Under the pieces are notes generated by a model. The model saw only the letters and a list, made by a program, of their open reading frames with translations, had not been told where the DNA came from and ran no database searches. A DNA stretch of 64,000 nt, taken from contig OY760505.1 in the NCBI GenBank assembly GCA_963663545.1, positions 3,657,867 to 3,721,866 on the forward strand, read 5' to 3'. This stretch comes from Candidatus Delongbacteria bacterium (GTDB taxonomy: Bacteria; CAIWAD01). This document shows, piece by piece, positions 1 through 10,690 of the stretch. The translations under genes and the position numbers were made by a program. Each line of letters begins with the position of its first letter. Position 1 is the stretch's first letter.

Positions 1-3
1 GCA

Positions 4-492
4 ATGATCGGCCTTTTTGCCGCCCTGTTCATGATCGGTCTGAGTAGTGGCGCCTATCTGGCCCGCAGCTATTTTCCGGCATCTTGTCGTTTGGCCGCTC
101 TAATTTGGGCACTGGCGGCGATCAGTGTTTTTGCGGCAATGATGCCGTGGTTGTTGGGAATGGTGCAGACGACAGCACTCTTGCTATTTTTGAATTTTCT
201 GGCCGGAATTGGCGTTGGTTTTGTTTTTCCTCTGGCTTATGAACTATATCGCAATGTCGGTGTTTCTGCCGGTCGTAGCGGCGGCATTCTTTATGGTGTC
301 GATATGGCTGGTGCCAGTCTGGGCGCTCTAGTAGCAGGCTCAATCGCCATTCCGTTATGGGGAATGGCTGCGGTGTGCTATGCTCTTTGCGGCATGATAT
401 TGCTGGCCATAGTAGTGAACGCTACCTCGTTTTGGCGAGATTGTGGCAATGGTCCGCAGGGCGCATTCGAATGCCGTTTACTTAAGGCATAA
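4..492 (+). CDS. C-terminal part of a multi-pass membrane protein (MFS-like tail, as in fused MFS/spermidine synthase proteins); 5' end lies outside the window
   Basis: Hydrophobic helices throughout; motif LYGVDMAGASLGAL resembles the LYxxDLxGAxxG end of that family. Confidence 0.5.
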   Translation: MIGLFAALFMIGLSSGAYLARSYFPASCRLAALIWALAAISVFAAMMPWLLGMVQTTALLLFLNFLAGIGVGFVFPLAYELYRNVGVSAGRSGGILYGVDMAGASLGALVAGSIAIPLWGMAAVCYALCGMILLAIVVNATSFWRDCGNGPQGAFECRLLKA

Positions 493-637
493 TTTATGGC
501 TCATCCGAAAAGTTTTGGGATAACCCGCATTGCTATGGGCAAATCTTTTGGTACTACATGACTATCGGCTATTACACCGGGCCCAAGACTACCGCAGAAA
601 TTGCCGGCAAATGGCAGGAATGGCATCGGCAACAGTC

Positions 638-3109
638 TTATTTGAATAAGCGCAATTCGTAGATGGTCCAGGGGTGGTGCCGCTGCGAGTTGGTCTGGAT
701 AATTCGTAAATAACGGCAGCGTTGTCGCGGCAATGGAATCACGAACTTGACGGCGTGCGGCTGTTTACTGAATGACCACAACGGCGGCACGGCCTCGGGT
801 TCGACCACCAGCGCTTGCCAGTTATTGCCATCTTGAGAAATCTCGACGCGATAACCACCGGGATAGTGCCAGACCTGCGCTCCTAGCTCCATCACTATCC
901 TGGCAACAACACCTGGCTGGCCCAGATCGATTGCTACAAAATCCCATGGTCGTTGATTATCTCCGGTAGTCCAATAACTGTCGAGGTTACCGTCGATCAA
1001 TGCTCGAACCAGTCGATTTTTTCGACTGGCCATCACCCGCCATTTCTTCGCAGAAAGTGATTTACCCTGGAAATGATATTTATCCAGGTAATTATTGGAG
1101 ACGACCCGATAGACATAGCTGGAGCCGCAGCAGCGTTCCAATTGTAGTCTGTCGTGATATCCTTTCAGGCGCGTTGTCATTTGTCTCCAGGCTTCAGGCG
1201 GATATTTATGCCGATGTAGAATCAGATAGTCAATCCCTAATTCTCGCAATAATCCCATCGCTAGCGGCGAGGGAAAATCGCGCATTCCGGTGCGGCACAA
1301 GTAAAAATAGGAGTGGGGAAAATAACCGCTGTAGCCATTGACCAGTTGCTTGCCATGGTAGAGGGAATAATACATATAGTAAGTTTCCTGCCAGGTTTCT
1401 TCCAATTTATGCGGCAACGGCATTTCCAGGATAACCTTCGGTTGCGGTTGTTGGCCGAGCCAGCGGTAAACCGCAGGAATATTTTTTGCGGTCGCGACCG
1501 GAAAATTAACCAGGGGTAAGCAACAAAGTTCGAGCATCAGCAAGGGAACGATCACTCCCAAAAGCCATGGTGAATGCCGTGGCCATTGGCGCAGCAACCA
1601 GCTTACTCCATAAGCGATAAAAATACTCAACGCCAGCGCAGCAATCATAATGAAGCGAGCCGGGACCCGTACCCCATCGAATCCGGGCACGAAACGGGCC
1701 AGGAGATAATATGGCCCCACGCAAATCAAGTGTCGGCAGCAATAAATATACGGTCCCAGGCAAAGCAACAGCGATAACGCCAGCATTAGCAAATAAAATT
1801 TATAGGGACCAGGTTGAAACCAGGCATTGAGATAGCTCCGCACTCCTGGCTGCATCAGCAAGCGTAGCAGTGCCAGTAATCCAAACCAGGTTACCGCCAG
1901 ATGCGGATGCGTAATATCGATACGCCAGGCGCCAATTTCAAAATGGCAACTGCCGTTTTTTAGGGTTAGCACCACCACTATCGCCAGGAAAAGCAACAGA
2001 CCCGACACAACATGGCCGGCAAGCCTGAGCCGACGGTGGACGAGCGGCGCTGCCGGCTTTAGCTTCGGCAATGATTTTTTGCCACTGACAATGCCGATTG
2101 CCGCCAGGAGGAGCGCGATTACGCCAAAAAACAATTCCCCTTCGGGCTTGCGCCAGGAGGCGGTAATGCTACCCCAGATGCAATTGCTGGCCGGAGCAGC
2201 GAAAAAACTGCGGATATCGGCGGAAAAATAGATCATTTCGGCAAAAGAACGCCGAAAGCCCATTTGTTGTTTTAAATAAATGTAAGGATAGAAAAGCGGA
2301 AATAACACCAGCAAGCCCAAAAGCGAACAGCCGAGCAATCCGAGCCAGACGCGACGATCGCCATAGTGTTGCCGTAGCTCTACAGCGGTGAAGATCGCGA
2401 TAAACGGCATGACAAATAATCCATAATAGCCGCAGCTTAAAAACTGGAAAATCCAAAAAACGGTCATCGCCAACAACCAGCGCTGACAGCGCGTTTGCCA
2501 AAATTTATGGTAACAGAGAAAAATCAAGGGCAACCATTGTCCGCTTTGAATCTGCAAATGATGAATGCTGGCCATTTTCCAGGGAAAGAAAGCGAAAAAC
2601 AATGCGGCGACAAAAGCGGCACGCCGGTCGCCACTGAGATGGTGTGCTAATAAATACAGGTTGAATCCGGTCAAGATAAACGACAGCAAAAAAACAAAAT
2701 TATAGGCGGCTACGGCATCGTCGCTCAATAGATTGACCGGTAAGGCCAGTATGGTATTCAGTGGCATGTAGTCGGTATAGGCCAGGGTACAGCTATGAGG
2801 ATAGAAAATATTGGCATCGAGAAAAGTACTAATCTCGGCATTGGCGATTTTGCGGGCGCTCCAGGCCAACAACCAGGTATTCAAGAGCGGGTCACCCTCC
2901 TGCCCCGGCAATAGCTTTCCAGGATGGCAAATTAGCGGATAGGTCATAACTAGAGTCAATATTATCAGCATAACCAGTAGTAGCGACTGCGCCGCAATTT
3001 TGCCTGAAAGAGTTTGCGACGTTTGAGAAAAGAGATGATTATTGGCGCCAAGGGCAACGATAATCCCGAAAACAAAGGTAATGGCGAGGTAAATGCTTGG
3101 CATAGGCAT
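638..3109 (-). CDS. YfhO/GT-C-like membrane glycosyltransferase with C-terminal F5/8 type C (discoidin) domain
   Basis: 823 aa, many TM segments, GDPLLNTWLLAW, DANIFYP, RVPARF, LVNGYSG; C-terminal IDGNLDSYWTT...IDLGQ...RYLRI...WTIYEL. Confidence 0.7.
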   Translation of the reverse strand: MPMPSIYLAITFVFGIIVALGANNHLFSQTSQTLSGKIAAQSLLLVMLIILTLVMTYPLICHPGKLLPGQEGDPLLNTWLLAWSARKIANAEISTFLDANIFYPHSCTLAYTDYMPLNTILALPVNLLSDDAVAAYNFVFLLSFILTGFNLYLLAHHLSGDRRAAFVAALFFAFFPWKMASIHHLQIQSGQWLPLIFLCYHKFWQTRCQRWLLAMTVFWIFQFLSCGYYGLFVMPFIAIFTAVELRQHYGDRRVWLGLLGCSLLGLLVLFPLFYPYIYLKQQMGFRRSFAEMIYFSADIRSFFAAPASNCIWGSITASWRKPEGELFFGVIALLLAAIGIVSGKKSLPKLKPAAPLVHRRLRLAGHVVSGLLLFLAIVVVLTLKNGSCHFEIGAWRIDITHPHLAVTWFGLLALLRLLMQPGVRSYLNAWFQPGPYKFYLLMLALSLLLCLGPYIYCCRHLICVGPYYLLARFVPGFDGVRVPARFIMIAALALSIFIAYGVSWLLRQWPRHSPWLLGVIVPLLMLELCCLPLVNFPVATAKNIPAVYRWLGQQPQPKVILEMPLPHKLEETWQETYYMYYSLYHGKQLVNGYSGYFPHSYFYLCRTGMRDFPSPLAMGLLRELGIDYLILHRHKYPPEAWRQMTTRLKGYHDRLQLERCCGSSYVYRVVSNNYLDKYHFQGKSLSAKKWRVMASRKNRLVRALIDGNLDSYWTTGDNQRPWDFVAIDLGQPGVVARIVMELGAQVWHYPGGYRVEISQDGNNWQALVVEPEAVPPLWSFSKQPHAVKFVIPLPRQRCRYLRIIQTNSQRHHPWTIYELRLFK

Positions 3110-3368
3110 TTTGTCCTGGTCGTTCCGGCAAGACTAATCTTGCCGGAATTGAAGTTATCACACTATTCCGATTACAGACGATGTTGAACAGCTTGTTGTC
3201 ATCCCTAATGCAGACATCTCGCGGGAAATCCGTACGTCCGGTTCGCAACGGGAAGAGACCGGCGAGGATGAAAATAGCAACGTCCGGACGCTAGTGAAAA
3301 AAAATAAATTTGATTTGACAGTAGAAAATATTTATGATAACCTAAACAAGTTTTGGCAGAAATTCTGC

Positions 3369-3421
3369 TAAGGAGCCGCCAAGAAATAAGTTGGTCAGTC
3401 GGTTTAGCAATATTGTTTCCC
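3369..3421 (+). mobile_element. Truncated left end of the MITE family seen at 8151-8382
   Basis: TAAGGAGCCGCCAAGAAATAAGTTGGTCAGTCGGTTTAGCAATATTGTTTCC matches the start of the 8151 element. Confidence 0.6.
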
Positions 3422-3537
3422 GTCATGAAAGGAGCATTACTATTCATAAGAAATTATCATAAGAAATTATAAGTGCTGCCATCTATAAGAACAGCAAAAG
3501 CCGCAGCAAAATACCACGGCTCAGTGCTGGCCTCTGA

Positions 3538-3785
3538 CAAAAACGCAGGGGACTAGAATGTGCGTTTTTTATAAAAATAAGTCCTAAAATATATTGTTTC
3601 AATATATTTTAAAGACAAATCTTCAATGGATAACACAAATACCCACTACTCGGTATTAGCCGAGCTACTTTGGTAGCTAACGATGCTTGCTACCTTTGTC
3701 TTTGCTAAGCACAGGCTTCTTAATTAAGAAATCAATATAGGGTCTCATTTAGAGACAGCGTAAATGTAGTCTTTACATTTAGCTA
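3538..3785 (-). ncRNA. Candidate structured small RNA or leader of unknown family
   Basis: ORF-free run of stacked hairpins between a sigma70-like promoter (3792-3820) and an AAAAACGCA...TGCGTTTTT terminator-like hairpin (about 3539-3570). Confidence 0.45.
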
Positions 3786-3791
3786 TTTCTA

Positions 3792-3820
3792 AGTTTACTA
3801 TCTCGGCTCCAAGTTTTCAA
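3792..3820 (-). promoter_or_regulatory. Sigma70-type promoter
   Basis: Minus strand TTGAAA-17 nt-TAAACT. Confidence 0.55.
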
Positions 3821-3948
3821 TTGTTTTTTTGTAAACACCCTAATTTTTATAAAACAAAATACCAATTTATACTTTTTCAGGTTTCAAAACCAAATTTTTT
3901 TGATCTAACAATCGATTGCAGTGGACGCTTGCGCTACTAAAGCAAACG

Positions 3949-4275
3949 TTAGGCGCCCGGGAAAATATTCGAGTTGATTTGCGTCTCTTCCTTTATCTGC
4001 AAAGGAAAATAAATGCTGAAGGTTGTCCCCTTTGCCTGGCTCACTTTCGATCTTGATGGAACCTTGATGACGTTGAACGATGCCGTAAACCATTGACAGA
4101 CCGAGTCCGGTACCATGTTCGCCTTTAGTAGTGAAAAAGGGGGGCTAAACAACGCTGGCGCACTTCTTCCGGCATCCCTGCTCCCGAATCACTTACTTCT
4201 AGCACCAGGTTTTCGTCTTGAGTACGGCTGCGAATGATGATACTACCGTCGTTAGACATCGCGTCTACCGCTATC
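3949..4275 (-). pseudogene. Histidine kinase HATPase_c C-terminal fragment
   Basis: Reads VSDSGAGM...[26 protein letters not shown]...[11 protein letters not shown] across a frameshift; no N-terminal part. Confidence 0.75.
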
Positions 4276-4311
4276 TTTGCGAAGTGATTTTTTGCATTTC
4301 CACAATAATCA

Positions 4312-6016
4312 TCACCCCAACTCCATAATCAATAACACAAAAAAGATCAACAAAATTGCTACCATATTGCAGATATTTGCGCCGATCAGGTGTTTGAGAA
4401 TATCCATCGAACTCTGGCGCCGCCTGGTTCCCCACCAAAAACTAATGGAAGCGATCGCCACGCCCGCGCACATGGTCTTGACGGTAAACATCGCGAATCC
4501 TTCAAAAATCGGGATAAATCCCAGAAATATTTTCGGCTCGAGATGCGCCCAGAAAGTATCGACCCAGGTATACCAGGTACACAACGGATTAGTCGCCAGC
4601 GCCACCAGCAAAGAGCCTAGCGCCGACACCAAAAACGAAATATACGAAAGTATCCAGCAACCGCAGACAAAGCAGATCAAGACCTGGGGATAGAAAAACA
4701 GGTTAGGCTCGACCCCAAAATTGCGCATGGCGTCCCATTGCCGCCGCTCGCTGTCTTTCATATTGGTAAAGTAGGCGGTAATCGCTGTCCCAGAGCGAGC
4801 GGCGATAAAAATACAAGTAAACAGCGGTATCAACGCCCGGAACATTACTACACCAAAAGCCACTGAGCATTTCTCGAAAAAAAGCCGGCACAATGAAATT
4901 CTTGATCTCTACGGCGCCACCTCCACTAAGTTCGAAAACTGCCCAATTCCAGATGCAGCGAAAAATAGGTGGCCACCAGGCCAAGGAAAAAAACCGGTCA
5001 ACACATTATAAGGCAGCGAAGCGAATGACCAGCAGCTTGATCATTACCCAGAAAAATTTGGCAAACCATAGATAGCTTTGCCAGCGGAATATTTTGCGTA
5101 TGGTGCGAAAGAATCGTGGCAAAGCGCTATTCCAACGCCAGTCGTCGCAGCCTACCTGATGTTGCAGCAGTTCGTCGGCAGTCAATTCACGAATCGAAGG
5201 TTTACGCGGTCGAGCCAGGTCGGCCTGATAATAGACCGCAGTCTTGGGGGGGCAATCATTCTCGATTTCCTGGCGCTGGTTGATAAACCACACCCGATCG
5301 GCTATTCCCAAAAAATTTTCATAATCATGAGTAATCACGATCGAGAGCAGGTTGTCGTTCTCGCTATGGGTTTTCTTGATCAAGGCTACCGCCTGTTGAG
5401 TGGAGCGTAGATCCAGCGATGAAGTTGGCTCGTCGAAGATCATGATCTGCGGGCGAAAGGCTAAAAAACGGCCAAAAGCGACTCGTTGCTTTTGACCTCC
5501 CGATAGATTATCGAGCTGGCACGACAAAATATTCGGCGGCAATCCCAAAGTAGAGACGATTTCTTTGCGCCAGACTTTCCAATCGCGGCCATAACGAGGC
5601 CGCTCCGACTGATCGTTGGCAAAAGCCATATTTTCTTCGACATCCAGATCATCGAACAGGCCGAGAGATTGGAACATCATCCCAATTTTTCCTTCTAACT
5701 CCGCAGGATAGATGTCGGCAAGAATGTCGATTTCTCGGCCATTCAGACGCAGACAAAAGCGGCTGTCTGGAGCGGTGTGGCTGATCAGCAAAGTTTTGTC
5801 GAACCGCGTCAGAAAACCGAGGAGCAAGTTCGTCAGCAACGATTTGCCTGAGCCGCTGCAACCGAGCAACAATACTATTTCACCCCGGCGGGCGTCGATG
5901 TTGATGTTGTGCAATAATTTTTCGGCGCGCAATTCCTGGTTATTGTCGGGCGCCGGTTTGACCGCCTCGATATTGACTGCGGCGATCTGGAAGATCGACT
6001 CATGAGTACTCATCAT
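4312..6016 (-). CDS. ABC ATPase (MlaF-like) probably fused to an MlaE-like permease; split by an apparent frameshift near 4900-5010
   Basis: GCSGSGKS, LSGGQKQRV, IMIFDEPT; downstream ORF has IAARSGTAITA...QWDAMRNFGVEP, like the MlaE GR.G.A..AE...DAL..MG..P motif. Confidence 0.7.
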
Positions 6017-7418
6017 CGCTTTCCCTTGTTGGTTATCTGATAGACATATTGTTTATTGACCCGCAAGCCACTTCCGGGAAAACAGATTATTTGGGGTTCG
6101 GGCCGGTGTGAAATGCCTTCGCGCAGGGCCATCAACAATAGCGGATTGGGACCGGTGCGGTTTTCATTAAGGACGAATTTCTCCAGCCAGCGAACGCTCA
6201 AATTCTGGACATCATCAATGATATTTTGGATATTGCTGACGATTTCTCGGTCCTGGGCTGCCTGGCTGAAGGTTTTGCACCAGGGCCTGAGCTACTTTAT
6301 CGCCATAGCGTGCTTTGATGTGCTCGATCAGGCGTTGATTTCTAGCCAGAGCCTGAAAACCACCGACCACTTTATCCATGAATTCGACCTCCTGGGCTGC
6401 TTTTTTGACCACCTCCGAGCCATGGCGCATAATCTGGTCATTGTGGCTTCGAAAAACCCGTTTGAGTTCCTGGGCGTGCCGCTGGCCATCCTTGTTGCCA
6501 GGCTCCTTTTTGGAAACCGCTTTTAGCACGATCGAGCGCACGTTGCCGGTCGAAAATAACGCTAACGATGCCGCTAAAAATTTTGATGATTTTACCGCCT
6601 TTCATATCGGAAAAATATCTGGGATCAATAAAGAAGGAACTGACTTCGTCAAGTGCCTGATTAGCGCCGCCGCTGACTGCTTTCTGGGATACCCGGGTCC
6701 AATCGATATTGTCTTTGAACAAAGTGGTAATCCTGGCGGTATGCTCATTGCGTTCAATGCTGGCGATCGCCGCATTCCAATCAATGCGGGCAAAAACTTC
6801 GTGTTTGATCGTAGCGGTAATCTCTTGCTTGAGAAACGAATTGTTAAGGACACGCTCGGCCAGTTGTCGATCTTGTAATTCCTGGCCCAGCAGTTTGCCC
6901 AGCCGCTGGGAAAACGAGGGTGATGCGTTGCTGATTTTTGCCGGCCAGTTGCCCATATTTGGTTCTTGAAGCGATCGCCTTGATCGGCACCGAAAAATCG
7001 GCTTAAAATGCTCAAAAACGACGGCGAAGCGTGTAAAAATTCAAAGCGGGTATCATCGCGTAAAGTGGAGGCTTCGTATTTTTTGATGATGGCAACCGAA
7101 AAGCGCCAGATTCGCGGGTCGGATTTATCAACGTTACTAATGAAACCGGTAAGGGTTCAATTCGGGCTGAAATTCGTAAACCGGTGTCCCCCGACGAAAC
7201 CATTGCTGTGCCGTCAGTTTTTCGCCGGGGATTTCGAGAATAATTTCGGTGTTGTTGTTGATATAGGGCAGACGCGGTAATAACTCGCGAAAAAAAGTCG
7301 GCAGTATGCCAAACAATAGCTTTCCTAACACCATAGCAGAGAGCAAGATGCCAAAAGCAGTAGTCCCCCAAAACAGAATAGACCGGCGTTTAAGCAAATG
7401 CTTGCAGAAAAATTTCAT
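6013..7418 (-). CDS. Hypothetical membrane-anchored protein split into several overlapping ORFs (probable frameshifts)
   Basis: Overlapping same-strand ORFs 7137-7418, 7012-7371, 6438-6956, 6215-6541, 6013-6201; N-terminal TM helix; abuts the ABC start. Confidence 0.4.
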
Positions 7419-7453
7419 AGGAACGTCCTTGAGGTAAAATAAACGAACTTGAT

Positions 7454-7643
7454 TAGGCTGTGTTTACGAATTCATTTCGCCTGCTATCGAGTCATTTTGT
7501 TCCCTGGCGGCGTCGCTCCTCAATATACAGAACTAAGGCTATGCGCATTCGTCGCTCCTTGCCAGAAAACAAAATTGCTAAACCAACTGACCAAGTTATT
7601 TAATCCCGTCGCCTAAACGAAAGCAATTCGTAAACACAGCCTA
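7454..7643. mobile_element. MITE A (190 bp)
   Basis: Perfect 19-bp TIR TAGGCTGTGTTTACGAATT / AATTCGTAAACACAGCCTA with TA ends; internal core shared in inverted form with MITE B. Confidence 0.8.
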
Positions 7644-7720
7644 GACTGACCAATTTATTTTCGGCTCCTGGTTAGACGAAAAATTTTTTGATTTGGCTGG
7701 CCGATTAAGGAATTAATTCG

Positions 7721-7855
7721 CTGCGTAAGTCCTGTACCTATTTTTCCAATAACATTTTGATTTTTTTTTTATGCCAGTTAGAATCAGGTTTTCAGAACGA
7801 CTTCCCTCTATACACCAGAAAAATAAAGGCTAAATTTCTCCTGCGTAAGTCCTGT
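7721..7855. repeat. Two direct copies of CTGCGTAAGTCCTGT, probably IS/MITE end remnants
   Basis: 15-mer at 7721 and 7841; reverse complement CAGGACTTACGCA resembles an IS terminal repeat from memory. Confidence 0.45.
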
Positions 7856-8150
7856 TCCAGATTATCCTCGGCAAGATCATCGACGGCTTTAATCGCATTT
7901 CGCTATCACTCAAAGGAAAGAAGGTTATTGCCCAATTGATCTGATTTTTGTAACATTATATCAAAATTAAATCAATGCACATTTTTTTGAGAAGTGTGTA
8001 AAAAGTCAGTCTAAAAGTCTGCAATTTCAGTTATTTCAGCATGTCTTTTCCAATGAAACGATTTGCCCCCAAACGATTTCTATCTGTCATTTATGCTGGC
8101 TCCTAAAAAATATCCATTTTTTTTTGTCAGAAAATCCATCTTGTTGCCAA

Positions 8151-8382
8151 TAAGGAACCGGTAAGAAATAAGTTGGTCAGTTGGTTTAGGCGCCGGCAAG
8201 AAATAAGTTGGTCAGTTGGTTTAGGCGCCGGCAAGAAATAAGTTGGTCAGTTGGTTTAGCAATTTTGTTTCCTGGCAAGGAGCGACGAATGCGCATAGCC
8301 TTAGTTCTGTAATTGAGGAATGACGCGGCCAGGGAGCAAAAGGGCAAACCAAATGGGGAAGTTATTTCTTGCCGGCTCCTTA
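8151..8382. mobile_element. MITE B with an internal 35-bp unit repeated about three times
   Basis: Imperfect TIR TAAGGAACCGGTAAGAAATAA / TTATTTCTTGCCGGCTCCTTA; AAGAAATAAGTTGGTCAGTTGGTTTAG three times at 35-bp period. Confidence 0.75.
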
Positions 8383-8463
8383 GTTAAAAAACCGGGATCT
8401 TGAAATCCAAAACGAAACGAAAAAACATGTCAGAAAATCCATATCTCGATTAGGAATCATATT

Positions 8464-10690
8464 TTGAAATATTTGTTGCTGATTTTCATCTGTACGACCA
8501 TAATCCTGGCGCATGGGCAGGAAATTACTCCCGAGTTTGTCTTTCAACTTAACGGAGAGCTGCTCGCCACGACAAAATCCAATGAAACCTATTGGAATCT
8601 GGCCACAAAGGAAGAATTTTGCTCTCTACCCAAACGACCGACTAAGATCGCCCCAGGGCGGTATCGGTTGTTTTTTGAACTCAAGCCATACGAATTCTAT
8701 GGACCTGATGGCACGAAGATAACCGTGAACTTAAAGCCGCGTGAATACCTGGCTTTGTACGGACGGCTGGCCCAGGGGCAAAGCTCGTCGGTTCCTTTAC
8801 AGTGGCACGGGATCGCGTTTCAGACAGTATTGTCCTGTCCTCCGGCAAAACTTCCTCGTCCTCTCTTTAGTCAGGCATTGGTGCGTTGCCTGGGCAGGGA
8901 AAAAGTGCTGTTGGAAAAATCGGGACTCACTGATGAGAGCATACGGTGCATGCTCGCAAATAATGACTGGTGCCGCACCAATCGCCGCGTAACGGGTGGA
9001 GTGCTCCAGTGCGAACTCAAGCCATACGAATTCTATGGACCTGACGGCACGAAGATAACCGTGAACTTAAAGCCGCGTGAATACCTGGCTTTGTACGAAC
9101 GGCTGGCCCAGGGGCAAAGCTCGTCGGTTCCTTTACAGTGGCACGGGATCGCGTTTCAGACAGGGCTGTCCTGCCCGCCGGCAAAACTTCCTCGTCCTCT
9201 CTTCAGTCAGGCATTGGTGCGCTGCATGGGCAGTGGGAAAGCGCTGGAAAAATCGGAACTCGCCAACGCGAACATCCGTCGTCTTCTCGCGGACAATGAT
9301 TGGTGCTGTGGCGATTGCTTCGTAACAAATGGTGTGCTCCAGTGCAAAACTCAAGCCTTATAAGCTAAGTGATGATGTAAGCGGCAAGGACTATCTGCTG
9401 CCGATGCCGGCAAGAGGCTGGCTTACCGCCTATCTCGATTACGTGGCTGCCTGGAGTGGAAAAAAATCGCCGCGAGTAATGCAATTACTGCATCCGGACC
9501 ATCGACACGCTTATGAAACAGCACCAGAGGCAGAGCGCCGGTTCTACCTGCGCGACCACCTTATCGCACGACCGCCGTATGCATTGAGACTGACGGATGT
9601 GCCGCTTGCGCGTTTACAAAATCAAGTTTCGCAAAAAAACTGGCAATACTGGGCTCTACGATATCCAAAGCAATAAAACCGTTCCCCTGCGCTGTGAGGG
9701 GAGCTGTTTGTTCTGGCGCAATGCCGCCGAACGGACACCGCTTTCGGGGGAAAAGCATATTTTTGGTGCAACCATCTCTGGTGCGGCGTCGGCGTTCTTC
9801 CTGCCTCTCGATAAAGAGCTGCCGGAACGAGCGAGTGCTTACTACACCGTGGAGTTGACATTGCCGCATGGGACCGGGCTCAAAGGCATCATCGCGCAAA
9901 TACCGGCCTATTCGGCGCAGGACATCGAGGTCACGCTATACCATGAAATCCCCCGTAATTTCCATTATGCGCTCATTCCTTCACCGCTGCCGGTGTGCCT
10001 GCGGTGTACGGCGGATCAGCTAACGCTGTTTCCTTGCGATATACGGCTGGTGCGCAAGATTAGCTATTGTTTTGCCGGTCGAAAAATTTCACGAACTCCA
10101 CCCAATTCTGTAGGCAACGCCGATGACCTGGCCCACGGGACGGTGCAGCCTTCCCTGGAATGGCGACAGTGGTGGAATTTTGCTATAAGGCCACCACTGC
10201 GCCAGGCGTCTACTTTTGTTTTGCTCGATGCTTTTTACAGAAATGACGATCAACTCATGGAGCGAGAGGAAGAATGGACGGAAATCAAATTGCTGTGCCT
10301 GGCTCTGGCCAATATCGAACCCGGTGCAGCCTTCGCTTACGTTCGCGGCGGCGTTATGCGGCGTTGTGAAAGGGCTGGGGGAACTCCAGCGCATGAATCT
10401 CGACTTTGCCGATTGCACGCTGGGACTTCCCTACCATCGCCACTACTCCAACTATCAGAGGGAACTCGATAATCTGCTGGCCGGTCGCCGGGTCAAAGAA
10501 CTCATCTTTGTCCGTTCTTGCTACAATCCCGATTATCGTTACAGCGAAATATCCCGAGGAAAGCAAATTCGTTTGGGAGATATAATTCTCCGCAATTTCG
10601 ATCGCGGCAAATTTCAGAAGTGGATCAATGCGATCCCGAAAACCCGCAAAAAATTTGCCAGAGAAAATCAACATCCAAGGAGGTCGAAAA
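8464..10690 (+). CDS. Secreted protein with a tandem 112-aa repeat, probably one gene broken by frameshifts; 3' end approximate
   Basis: Signal peptide MKYLLLIFICTTIILAHG; near-identical 336-bp repeat at 8677 and 9013; third unit starts at about 9346 in another frame; ORFs 9329, 9597 and 10216 overlap in series. Confidence 0.5.

Noticed and set aside
8163..8260. 27-bp repeat with 8-bp gaps as a mini-CRISPR
   Set aside because: The gaps are identical, so it is a 35-bp tandem duplication of a MITE end.
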